In this document: piece after piece, positions 51,885 through 59,870 of the stretch
How positions within the stretch are numbered: the stretch's first letter is position 1
How the letters are laid out: every line of letters begins with the position of its first letter
Assembly: GCA_964522195.1 (NCBI GenBank)
Contig: CAZFSV010000002.1
Coordinates: forward strand, 36,743 to 100,742
Length of the DNA: 64,000 nt
From: an uncultured Candidatus Saccharibacteria bacterium
GTDB lineage: Bacteria; Patescibacteriota; Minisyncoccia; Phycocordibacterales; UBA9973
Reading direction: 5' to 3'
Notes under the pieces: model-generated
The model's database searches: none
What the model was told of the DNA's origin: nothing
Seen by the model: only the letters and a program-made list of their open reading frames with translations
Translations under genes and position numbers: made by a program

Positions 51885-53271
51885 TTTTTCCTAAAATTGC
51901 TGCTATCGTAAAAGGATCTGGTGACTTAGCAAGTCCGGATAATGCATATCTAATTGGATGAAGAATTTCTCCCCTGTTTTCAAATTTATCAGCTATTGAC
52001 ATAATTCCATTTTTAATGTATTCCAAATCAAAATCTTCTTCTTTGATATTAGAAAAAGCATCAAGTGCTAATTTTAAATTTTCTATTGTTTTTTCTTTTG
52101 TGGAATTTTTGTAAATTAAATTTTCTTTTTGATATTCTGATAGTTTTATAAAAAAGTCTAACTCCCCCTCTCCTACCATTTTAGAAATATCGCTCCACTT
52201 AGAAATACGATCAAAAATAAGAGGAACTAGTTTTTTGTTTTTTAAATTTTCTGGTAGTAAATCTAAAATATTTTTTTCTATTTCTTCTTGAGGGAGCTTT
52301 TTCATATGTTCCCTATTAATCCAATCTAATTTTTCATCATTCCACCTAGCTCCACCTTTTTGAATTTTTGTAATATCAAAAACTTCTATTAATTCTTCTA
52401 TTGTATAAATTTCTTTTTCTCCGCCTGGATTCCATCCTAAAAATGACAAAAAGTTAAACATAGCTTCTGGTAAATATCCTTCTTCACGATATTCTAAAAT
52501 ATCTTTGGCTCCATCCCTTTTACTTAATTTTTTAGTTCCGAGATCACTTAGTATCGGAGGTAAGGTTACGAACACAGGAGGCTTTAAATCTAAAGCTTCG
52601 TATAAAGAAAGAAATTTTGGAGTAGAAGGAATGAATTCTTGACCACGCATAACATGAGTAACTTTCATCTCAATATCATCCACAATATGAGCGAAATTAT
52701 AAGTTGGATAACCATCACTTTTAATTAAAATAAAATCATCCAAAGCTTCTTCTCCAGCAGATAATTTATCAAAAACTACATCTTGCCACTCGTATCTTTT
52801 AATTTCAGGAACTTTAAAACGAAGAGGTTTTGTTCCGTCCCAAGTTTCAAAATTCTCTGGTCTATGTTCGCGATACAGGAAAGGTTTTTTATTTTCTTCA
52901 GCTTCTTTCCGCCAAATTTTAACTTCTTCTTCAGTATAAGGATCCGGATAAGCATAACCTTTTTCTATTAGAATATTTGCATATTTTTTATATATTTCTA
53001 ATCTCTCTGATTGAATATAAGGTGCATAAGGGCCTCCTTTATCTGGACCTTCATCATAAGAAACCTTAAACCAATTTAAAGACTCTACAATATGTTTTAT
53101 TGAACCAGAAACTTCACGCTCTTTGTCTGTATCTTCTATTCTTAGGATAAATGTTCCATTGTTTTTTTTAGCCCACAAATAAGCAAAAATAGCGGTTCTA
53201 ACACCGCCTACATGCATAAACCCAGTAGGACTTGGGGCAAATCTTGTAACAACTTTATCATTTTCTCTCAT
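51844..53271 (-). CDS. gltX: Glutamate--tRNA ligase
   Basis: RFAPSPTG.MHVG, LRIEDTD and KLSKR motifs. Confidence 0.98.
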   Translation of the reverse strand: MRENDKVVTRFAPSPTGFMHVGGVRTAIFAYLWAKKNNGTFILRIEDTDKEREVSGSIKHIVESLNWFKVSYDEGPDKGGPYAPYIQSERLEIYKKYANILIEKGYAYPDPYTEEEVKIWRKEAEENKKPFLYREHRPENFETWDGTKPLRFKVPEIKRYEWQDVVFDKLSAGEEALDDFILIKSDGYPTYNFAHIVDDIEMKVTHVMRGQEFIPSTPKFLSLYEALDLKPPVFVTLPPILSDLGTKKLSKRDGAKDILEYREEGYLPEAMFNFLSFLGWNPGGEKEIYTIEELIEVFDITKIQKGGARWNDEKLDWINREHMKKLPQEEIEKNILDLLPENLKNKKLVPLIFDRISKWSDISKMVGEGELDFFIKLSEYQKENLIYKNSTKEKTIENLKLALDAFSNIKEEDFDLEYIKNGIMSIADKFENRGEILHPIRYALSGLAKSPDPFTIAAILGKNETIFRLQKAIQD

Positions 53272-53339
53272 AAGAACATTTTAACATAAAAATCCCTAAA
53301 ATTTAAATTTTAGGGATTAATTAAAATTTTTTATTAAGT

Positions 53340-53723
53340 TTACAAAATACTATTTATTGCAATTACTATTACAGCAAGTAGAAACATAGAAATTGCTGGC
53401 AAAGATTTCATAAAATTATCACGAACTTTAATATGCATCAAAATAGCTCCTCCCATAAGCATGACAAGAATATATGCGAAAGGAACTAAAACAATAGGAT
53501 AAACGAAACCAACTAGCATCATTAAAGCAATTATAATTTTTAAACCTCCAACAATATAAACCATAAATTTAGGTAAGCCATAAACCTTAAATTCTTCAAA
53601 CATATTTTTAGCATTACCTCCACGATATTCTGTAGATTTTTTGAAACGCAAAAGCCAAACATTAATCAAACCAAAAGCAATAATTAATTGCGCTAAATAA
53701 GAGATCACTAAATTTGTTTCCAT
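53340..53723 (-). CDS. DoxX-like membrane protein
   Basis: Four TMs; NVWLLR...YRGG...EEF.VYGLP; GAILMHIKV. Confidence 0.85.
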   Translation of the reverse strand: METNLVISYLAQLIIAFGLINVWLLRFKKSTEYRGGNAKNMFEEFKVYGLPKFMVYIVGGLKIIIALMMLVGFVYPIVLVPFAYILVMLMGGAILMHIKVRDNFMKSLPAISMFLLAVIVIAINSIL

Positions 53724-53797
53724 ATTATTATTATTTTAAATTAATTTTTTAATACTTAAATTATAACACAATCAATTTAAATCTTAATTTATTTAAC

Positions 53798-53826
53798 TTG
53801 ACTTTTATATATAAATATGATATAAT
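53798..53826 (+). promoter_or_regulatory. Sigma70-type promoter
   Basis: TTGACT-17 nt-TATAAT with an extended TG. Confidence 0.65.
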
Positions 53827-53865
53827 ATACAAAGATTTCTTCACACATTAAAAAAAATTCATTAC

Positions 53866-54093
53866 ATGAAAAAGTATTTGTTCTTTATATTCGTTGGTTT
53901 TTTTATTTCTTTAACTAGTTGTGGTATTCTTAAAAATCCAGAAAAAGGGAGTTACGAATGGAGCAAGAAATATTCCGGGTCAAGTATGGCCCGTAACCGT
54001 AGCGCAAGTTGCGGAATCAAAAAAACCAAAACTCCATCGTGGGCCAAGGTGAAGTACACTAGTCCAAAAAAAAGTAATAAGAAGAAGAAATAA
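53866..54093 (+). CDS. Small basic lipoprotein
   Basis: Lipobox LTSC after a hydrophobic signal. Confidence 0.7.
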   Translation: MKKYLFFIFVGFFISLTSCGILKNPEKGSYEWSKKYSGSSMARNRSASCGIKKTKTPSWAKVKYTSPKKSNKKKK

Positions 54094-54140
54094 AGAACAT
54101 TCTTCTTAAATCCAAAAAGCGTTCCAAGTGAACGCTTTTT

Positions 54141-54395
54141 TTATTTTATAGCGCCTTCTTTTTTAAGTAATTTGATTTTGTTTTCTCTACCTCTGTTGTA
54201 TTCCCCTGTTTGCCCATCGCTTCTGATCACTCTATGACAAGGTATATTTTTATCATAATTCATTTTCAGTACTGATCCCACAGCCCGAGAAGCTCCTTCG
54301 CTCCCCGCCTTCAAAGCGACTTCTTTATAAGTCATAACTTTCCCGCGAGGGATATTTTTCACAATATCTAAAACTTTTTCTTTAAAGGTTTGCAT
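54141..54395 (-). CDS. MGMT/Ogt-family alkyltransferase (C-terminal domain only)
   Basis: IPRGKVMTY, ASRAVG and PCHRV active site. Confidence 0.9.
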   Translation of the reverse strand: MQTFKEKVLDIVKNIPRGKVMTYKEVALKAGSEGASRAVGSVLKMNYDKNIPCHRVIRSDGQTGEYNRGRENKIKLLKKEGAIK

Positions 54396-54481
54396 TTTAA
54401 TTAATTCTAATTTTAATCTTATATTCAGTTTTAATTTCATGTTTGCTTATCGCAGTTTTATACTTATCTAAAATTATCCTT

Positions 54482-55072
54482 CTACGTGTTATTTTTATAA
54501 TATTTATTTTTAAATTTATCAAATAAATTTGTTAAATCATTTTCAATTTCAATTTTGCAAACAAAACAATCTTTTAACTTGGGTGTAATACCTTTTTTAA
54601 GAACACTTAGCGAAAGATCAAATTTATATTCACTTGTATGAACTCCATTTACTATTCTTTTAGTTAATTTTTCCCAATTTATATCTTGTTTTCTTGCAAT
54701 AAGGACATATAAATCATTTGGCGTAAAATCAAGAAAAATAAAAGCATCGTAATTTCTATTTTTAAAAAATTTTTCATGCTGAAATGTATCAGCCGACGCA
54801 CCTATTGTGGCTGTTTTAACTTCAATCTTTATGTCATCTACAACAATATCCCAATATTTATCATTATTAGTTATTGCTTTTTCATATTCAACTTTATATC
54901 TTCTTTTTGTAAAAATTTCATTTAAAAGCAACTCTCCCACTTCCCCAGTGTCATCATTATTTAATTTTTTTATATTCTCATATTTACCACCTTTTGCCCA
55001 ATTATTTTTCTTTTGTTTTCTATTTTCAGGAAGTGATATTAATATATTTTTTATAATTTCTTCTATTTTCAT
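54482..55072 (-). CDS. Putative type II restriction endonuclease (PD-(D/E)xK)
   Basis: GEVGE...WDIVV..IKIEVKT; 3 nt downstream of the MTase gene. Confidence 0.7.
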   Translation of the reverse strand: MKIEEIIKNILISLPENRKQKKNNWAKGGKYENIKKLNNDDTGEVGELLLNEIFTKRRYKVEYEKAITNNDKYWDIVVDDIKIEVKTATIGASADTFQHEKFFKNRNYDAFIFLDFTPNDLYVLIARKQDINWEKLTKRIVNGVHTSEYKFDLSLSVLKKGITPKLKDCFVCKIEIENDLTNLFDKFKNKYYKNNT

Positions 55073-55075
55073 ATT

Positions 55076-56161
55076 TTAAAATAATTTATGATTAAAATCA
55101 TAGTAACCATTTTTAATTAAAACATCTTCAATTAAACTTGTACGTAAGTTTATTGCAGAGTTACTTGAATAAAAAGCTGTTTTTTCCCAATCATGATTTA
55201 ATAATAAATTCTTAATTTTTTCTTTATCTTTTAATATTACAATTCCATATCCTCTACGTTGAGGTAATTCTTCAAAAGAAAGGTATGGTTTTATGTCTTT
55301 ATAGGTTGTAGATGGCAAATAAATATCACATTTATAAAGCATATTTTTATTTCTTGTATTAGAAGGCAATCCTCCATCTGATAAAGAATAAATTTTTATA
55401 TACTGTAAACATGTTTTTCTTTCAGGGATCTTAATATTTTCTGTTTTTATTTTGGTCCACACTTGAAATATAGTATGAATTTTAATTTCCTCACCACTTG
55501 GATATATAAAAGAATTAGGAGGAATAATTTCTGAATATGCTAACTTGTAACCAAAAACTCTTTTTTTAGGAGATCCTTTACCGTCACTATTAAATAGTTG
55601 TGGCAATATAAAAGCAACAACATCAGCAAATTTGTAAGAATGATTAATGAATTGTAAAGCTAAATGACCTCTTAAGCCAAATGGAGGATTTCCCACAACA
55701 AAATATTTAAGATTTTTAGATGGAATCCATTTTAAATAATCATCTTTAATAATAGTTTTTGCTTTTGGGTCTATGTCTATGCCTATAGAGTTTTCTGGTA
55801 AAAATTTCAAAAAACTACCATTTCCAGCTGAAGGTTCAATATAAACATAATCTTTATCATCTATACCTAAATCAGTAATAATTTTTTTAAATTTTTTAAT
55901 ACAACCTAATGCAATATTTTCTTTAGTATAATATTGATCTTTTTCTTTTATAGAAAAATTATCTTCATATTTTACATTTAATAATCTTAAAAAATCTAAT
56001 TGATAATTTTTAGGTACTTTGTTTTGTTGGACCCATCTTTTTACAGTTCCTTTATGTATGCCAAAATGATTTGCTAATCTATCAAGAGTAAAAACATTTA
56101 AAGATTGCTCAAATAGCTGATTAATTTCAAAATTATTTATATTTGTGTTTGTATTTTTCAT
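55076..56161 (-). CDS. N6-adenine DNA methyltransferase with N-terminal HTH
   Basis: DQYYT, IEPSAGNGSF (motif I) and GNPPFG (motif IV); N-terminal LDRLANHFGIHKGTVKRW HTH. Confidence 0.85.
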   Translation of the reverse strand: MKNTNTNINNFEINQLFEQSLNVFTLDRLANHFGIHKGTVKRWVQQNKVPKNYQLDFLRLLNVKYEDNFSIKEKDQYYTKENIALGCIKKFKKIITDLGIDDKDYVYIEPSAGNGSFLKFLPENSIGIDIDPKAKTIIKDDYLKWIPSKNLKYFVVGNPPFGLRGHLALQFINHSYKFADVVAFILPQLFNSDGKGSPKKRVFGYKLAYSEIIPPNSFIYPSGEEIKIHTIFQVWTKIKTENIKIPERKTCLQYIKIYSLSDGGLPSNTRNKNMLYKCDIYLPSTTYKDIKPYLSFEELPQRRGYGIVILKDKEKIKNLLLNHDWEKTAFYSSNSAINLRTSLIEDVLIKNGYYDFNHKLF

Positions 56162-56330
56162 TTATTTTTTATAAATAAGTAATTAAATTGTCTCATACTT
56201 TTAAGTTTTTTACAATTAAGATTTTAATTAATTATTTATTATATGCAATATATGCTATAAAATCCTATTCCACAGGACAGGTAGTTTTCCCTATTGCGGC
56301 GTAGAAGCCACACCATGAGAATAATGCTAC

Positions 56331-56621
56331 ACCCCCACACCAAATTATTGTACACTATTTTCAATCCTTTTTCTTAATTGCGTAAAAGCTCGACTTCTTA
56401 ACTTTAAATTTGATTCTCTATGTCTTGCATCTTTCTCTGCTTTGTATGCTTCGTAATATACTAACTCAAGAGGTCGTCGAGCTTTTGTGGAAATAACTTT
56501 ACCATCGTTATGTTCTTTAAAACGTTTCCTTAGATCATTTGTTGACCCAGTATAAAATTGATTATCTTTTTTACTTTTTAGAATATAAATGTAAAACATA
56601 ACTTATTTGGTGTGGGGGTAA
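56331..56621 (-). mobile_element. Minimal TIR-bounded GIY-YIG element
   Basis: Perfect 15-bp inverted repeats acccccacaccaaat (56331-56345) and atttggtgtgggggt (56605-56619) enclose only a nuclease ORF and split a host gene. Confidence 0.85.
56345..56599 (-). CDS. Small GIY-YIG endonuclease
   Basis: YIYIL...YTGST..L.KR..EHN.G...T..RRP.ELVYYEAY...A..RE. Confidence 0.93.
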   Translation of the reverse strand: MFYIYILKSKKDNQFYTGSTNDLRKRFKEHNDGKVISTKARRPLELVYYEAYKAEKDARHRESNLKLRSRAFTQLRKRIENSVQ

Positions 56622-56913
56622 AAATATTGCGAATCCGGAGAAGAATAAGAGTATTGGGCTCCAGGTTGTGGTTATTGCCCAGACTAATAACCCTACTCCT
56701 ATCAAGAGTCTCAATAGGCGGTCGCCTTTACCTATATTTTTACTACCGCGTCCTTCTTTTCCGACTATTGCATTCTTTGCTAATTTTTTTAGAATTGCTC
56801 GATATAAGAGTCCAAAAATCCCCGCAAGGAGATACATGGCGACGACGAGTCCCCAACCTGTTGTAAAAGTATTTATCATACTTGTATTATACACTGAATC
56901 AAAGTATTAATCT

Positions 56914-56941
56914 TCTTGCGTTAGGTCTTGCCTAACGCAAG
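56914..56941. repeat. 28-bp palindromic repeat, copy 1
   Basis: tcttgcgttagg-tcttg-cctaacgcaag, identical to 57452-57479. Confidence 0.9.
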
Positions 56942-57024
56942 GGTTTAAATAATGTTTGACAAATTTAACTTAATATGATATGATACTGATTGAGGATAAT
57001 GTTGTTCTCAAAAAATTTTATATT

Positions 57025-57264
57025 ATGCCAGCAGAATTATCAGCAGCAAGGGCGAATGAAATCGCCATGATTGTCTTACAAGACAAACTTGAAAATGATG
57101 GTGAATTATCTAGAGTAGTTCCCTCTGAAATCAAGAGACAGGTTCATAATGCGTCAAAAAAAATGGGCATTCCCCCAAAAGAGATTGCCGAATTCATGAA
57201 GCTAATGCTTCAAAAGATGCATACAAAAAACATTGCGGAGCTCGATAAGATAATTGGCTCCTAA
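57025..57264 (+). CDS. Small hypothetical helical protein
   Basis: ORF downstream of TTGACA-17-TATGAT (56956-56984); terminator further downstream. Confidence 0.65.
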   Translation: MPAELSAARANEIAMIVLQDKLENDGELSRVVPSEIKRQVHNASKKMGIPPKEIAEFMKLMLQKMHTKNIAELDKIIGS

Positions 57265-57400
57265 ATCAATTCTTTCAGTCAAGGTTGAAGAGTATTCTTC
57301 ACTAAAGGGATAATTCCGATTTGTTATTAGTCGATCTGCTTTGCTGATCTATGCAAGATAAATCTAAGAGAATAAGAACCTAACCTCACTGAAAAAATTT

Positions 57401-57431
57401 GCCCCGTCGCCTAAAAACGACGGGGCTTTTT
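57401..57431 (+). terminator. Intrinsic terminator
   Basis: gccccgtcg-cctaaaaa-cgacggggc followed by a T-run. Confidence 0.85.
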
Positions 57432-57451
57432 ATTTTTCCTGTTACGTTAAA

Positions 57452-57480
57452 TCTTGCGTTAGGTCTTGCCTAACGCAAGA
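57452..57480. repeat. 28-bp palindromic repeat, copy 2
   Basis: tcttgcgttagg-tcttg-cctaacgcaaga. Confidence 0.9.
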
Positions 57481-57482
57481 CT

Positions 57483-57911
57483 TTATCTAAAACTACAAGT
57501 TAGTACACATTGCAACGTGCAGATTTGTGCGTCTTTGTCGTGTCTACATGCGGAGGCGCATCCATTCCATTCTCCACCTTTCGCTATACATTGATTTTCA
57601 CTAAAAGAATTAATCTCGCAGACTTTACTCTCTTCATACCAAGTACCTTTTTGAGACTCACAAGATAATTTTTTGTTATCTGGAGCTAGGGTGATTTTAT
57701 CGTTCTCTTTTTGTGGAGGAATATTTTCTGGTTTTATAATTTCTGGAGTTTGAATCTGATTATTATTTTCAGGAATTAAAATATTACTATCTAGTTCATT
57801 TGCTGAATAATCTTGTAATTTAGAATCAGAATTCTTAGCTACATTCAAAGCATAATATCCTCCTCCGACAAATATAATTCCTACCAAAACCCATATTGCT
57901 ATTTTTGACAT
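57483..57911 (-). CDS. Membrane-anchored Cys-rich exported protein
   Basis: N-terminal TM; C...GTW/C...GGEW repeats; CASACRH...CTLQCVLTC. Confidence 0.8.
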   Translation of the reverse strand: MSKIAIWVLVGIIFVGGGYYALNVAKNSDSKLQDYSANELDSNILIPENNNQIQTPEIIKPENIPPQKENDKITLAPDNKKLSCESQKGTWYEESKVCEINSFSENQCIAKGGEWNGCASACRHDKDAQICTLQCVLTCSFR

Positions 57912-58059
57912 ATATTTTAATTTAATTAATTAATTTTTTAATAATTTAGATTTATCAAAATATTTTTCATAATTATTTTTTAAGATACTTAAATTATACC
58001 ATTCTATATTTGATTAATACAGCCGTACAAATACTTGAGTTTTTGTTATAATAAAAATT

Positions 58060-58974
58060 ATGATAAATGCATTTATGGTTTTGCTTCCAGTATTCGGTAT
58101 CATAGCTTTCGGCTATCTTCTGCATAGATATGATATTGTCAAAATAAAATTAGTTCATATATTAAACCTTTTTATCTATTATGTTTCATTACCAGCTCTG
58201 ATTATTAGTTTATTTTGGAATATAGAATTCACTAAGAGCACTCTCGGATTCTTCGGCTTTCATGCAGGACTCATAATTGTACTGAGTTTGATACTAATGC
58301 TAACACTCTCAATATTTAAAATAAATAGTAAAAACAAAATCGCTATAATGCTCGGGGTCATGGTCGGAAATACTGTGTATATGGGCTACCCAATACTAGG
58401 TGCTACTTACCCTGATTTCCCTATTGAAGTCGGTATTGGTGCGGGAGCTATACAACTAATCACTGGTTTGCTAATGGCAGTGTTATTCGTAGAATATATG
58501 ATACTGCGAACAAAGAAACTATCTACATACATACTAGACTTGGCTCGGAATCCGCTCGTTATCGCTTGTATATTGGGTGTGATACTAAGTTTGATACCAC
58601 ACAGTGAAGCTATGAATGCCGGATTTAAAGTTGTATCAGCCTTAGGACAAACAGCAAGTCCACTCGCTTTACTGACACTTGGATTCTTTATGAATAGACA
58701 TATCTCAAAAAAGAGTATCATGCTGGGAAGTATAGCAGTGATGGCGAAGCTCGTAATATTACCTATGGCGGTGTTCATTATATCTATACTGCTCGGTTAT
58801 AGCCGAGAGTTTATACAAGTATCAGTACTGATATCAGCAATGCCTACAGCGGTTACGAGTTTTATTCTCGCAGAGAAATATAACCTAGACGAAAATCTAT
58901 CCGCAGACATAATACTCGCAAGTACCATCTTCTCAATAATAAGCATACCTATTGTGGTGTGGTTGCTCGGATAA
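58060..58974 (+). CDS. AEC (auxin efflux carrier) family transporter
   Basis: VSLPALI, GNTVYMGYP, NPLVIA, PLALL and MPTA motifs. Confidence 0.92.
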   Translation: MINAFMVLLPVFGIIAFGYLLHRYDIVKIKLVHILNLFIYYVSLPALIISLFWNIEFTKSTLGFFGFHAGLIIVLSLILMLTLSIFKINSKNKIAIMLGVMVGNTVYMGYPILGATYPDFPIEVGIGAGAIQLITGLLMAVLFVEYMILRTKKLSTYILDLARNPLVIACILGVILSLIPHSEAMNAGFKVVSALGQTASPLALLTLGFFMNRHISKKSIMLGSIAVMAKLVILPMAVFIISILLGYSREFIQVSVLISAMPTAVTSFILAEKYNLDENLSADIILASTIFSIISIPIVVWLLG

Positions 58975-59073
58975 ATACTATTAGTCGTGAATGATATATA
59001 AAAATAAAAAAGCCCCTACTTTTAGGGGCCTTGCCTTACGGCAACTAAATGAAAAGTCAATAAAATAATTGGT

Positions 59074-59754
59074 CTAATTTTTTAAGTTTTCAGGTCTTCC
59101 AACCTTGCGAACTTTTCTTGTTTTTGCTTTTGGAATAGGAATTGGTTTACCAGATTCTTCAAAAGCCTTTTGATTTTTCTTTTTATAAGAAACTGTATTT
59201 TTTCTCCTTATTCCTAGAAATTTTTTATCTTCTTCAGATAAGCCATAATCCCAAGAAAGAAAAGTTGGTTTTGAATGCTTTTCAGAATTTATACAAATCC
59301 AGAAATATTGACGAGTTCCTTTTTTACGGTGAATTTCCATTTCGCGTTCACATTTTTTACAAGGACAAAGCGGAGTGTTGTCAATTTTTTGTTTTGTGAT
59401 GCGAGCATATTCTTTCATGTCTACAAAAAAATTTTTGTTTTTTCTTGTGAAATATTGAGTACAATAAATCAAAATATCTCCTTTTGTTAAAATAACCCAT
59501 CCAGCATCAGTCCCTTTATCTCGGAGCTTGTTTTCTTTTTCAAGAAAAGTAGACCAAATTTTCTCAGTATAGGTTCCATTAGAATATTGAAAACCTGTTT
59601 CGTATCCTTGGATTCTTCGAATTCTTTTTTCAAGATCAAGTCTTGTAAAATCTTTATGAATTTGTTTTGATCCAATTTTATGAAAACCCAAAGCTTTCAT
59701 TTCAAGAGCAAACCACTCAAACCCTTCAGGGGTAGGAGTACCATTAACTTCCAT
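59074..59754 (-). CDS. Hypothetical basic protein with a topoisomerase-like zinc ribbon
   Basis: PLCPCKKCEREM......QYFWIC and a basic tail. Confidence 0.7.
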   Translation of the reverse strand: MEVNGTPTPEGFEWFALEMKALGFHKIGSKQIHKDFTRLDLEKRIRRIQGYETGFQYSNGTYTEKIWSTFLEKENKLRDKGTDAGWVILTKGDILIYCTQYFTRKNKNFFVDMKEYARITKQKIDNTPLCPCKKCEREMEIHRKKGTRQYFWICINSEKHSKPTFLSWDYGLSEEDKKFLGIRRKNTVSYKKKNQKAFEESGKPIPIPKAKTRKVRKVGRPENLKN

Positions 59755-59870
59755 GATTATTGATTTTTAATGTGAGGAACTATTTTTTTATATCAAAAAT
59801 AATCCTACAATAAAAATAGAATTTTAGCAATATTTTATGAATTTAGATTTATCAAAATATGTTAATAATT

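Larger units (their letters stand above)
56265..56879 (-). pseudogene. DUF2892/YgaP-like membrane protein gene interrupted by a 291-bp element
   Basis: 5' part ...KNIGKGDRLLR...FSGFAIF (56879-56622) joins in frame to VALFSWCGFYAAIGKTTCPVE* (56330-56265). Confidence 0.88.

Noticed and set aside
56571-56894. 107-aa ORF ending LPPHQISYVLHLYSKK as a complete gene
   Set aside because: The tail is read-through into the inserted element; the true C-terminus lies at 56330-56265.
56914-57480. Integron attC sites or CRISPR repeats (GTTAGGT and GCCTAAC cores)
   Set aside because: The core order is reversed relative to attC, the unit is too short, there are only two copies 538 bp apart, and no integrase or cas gene is present.
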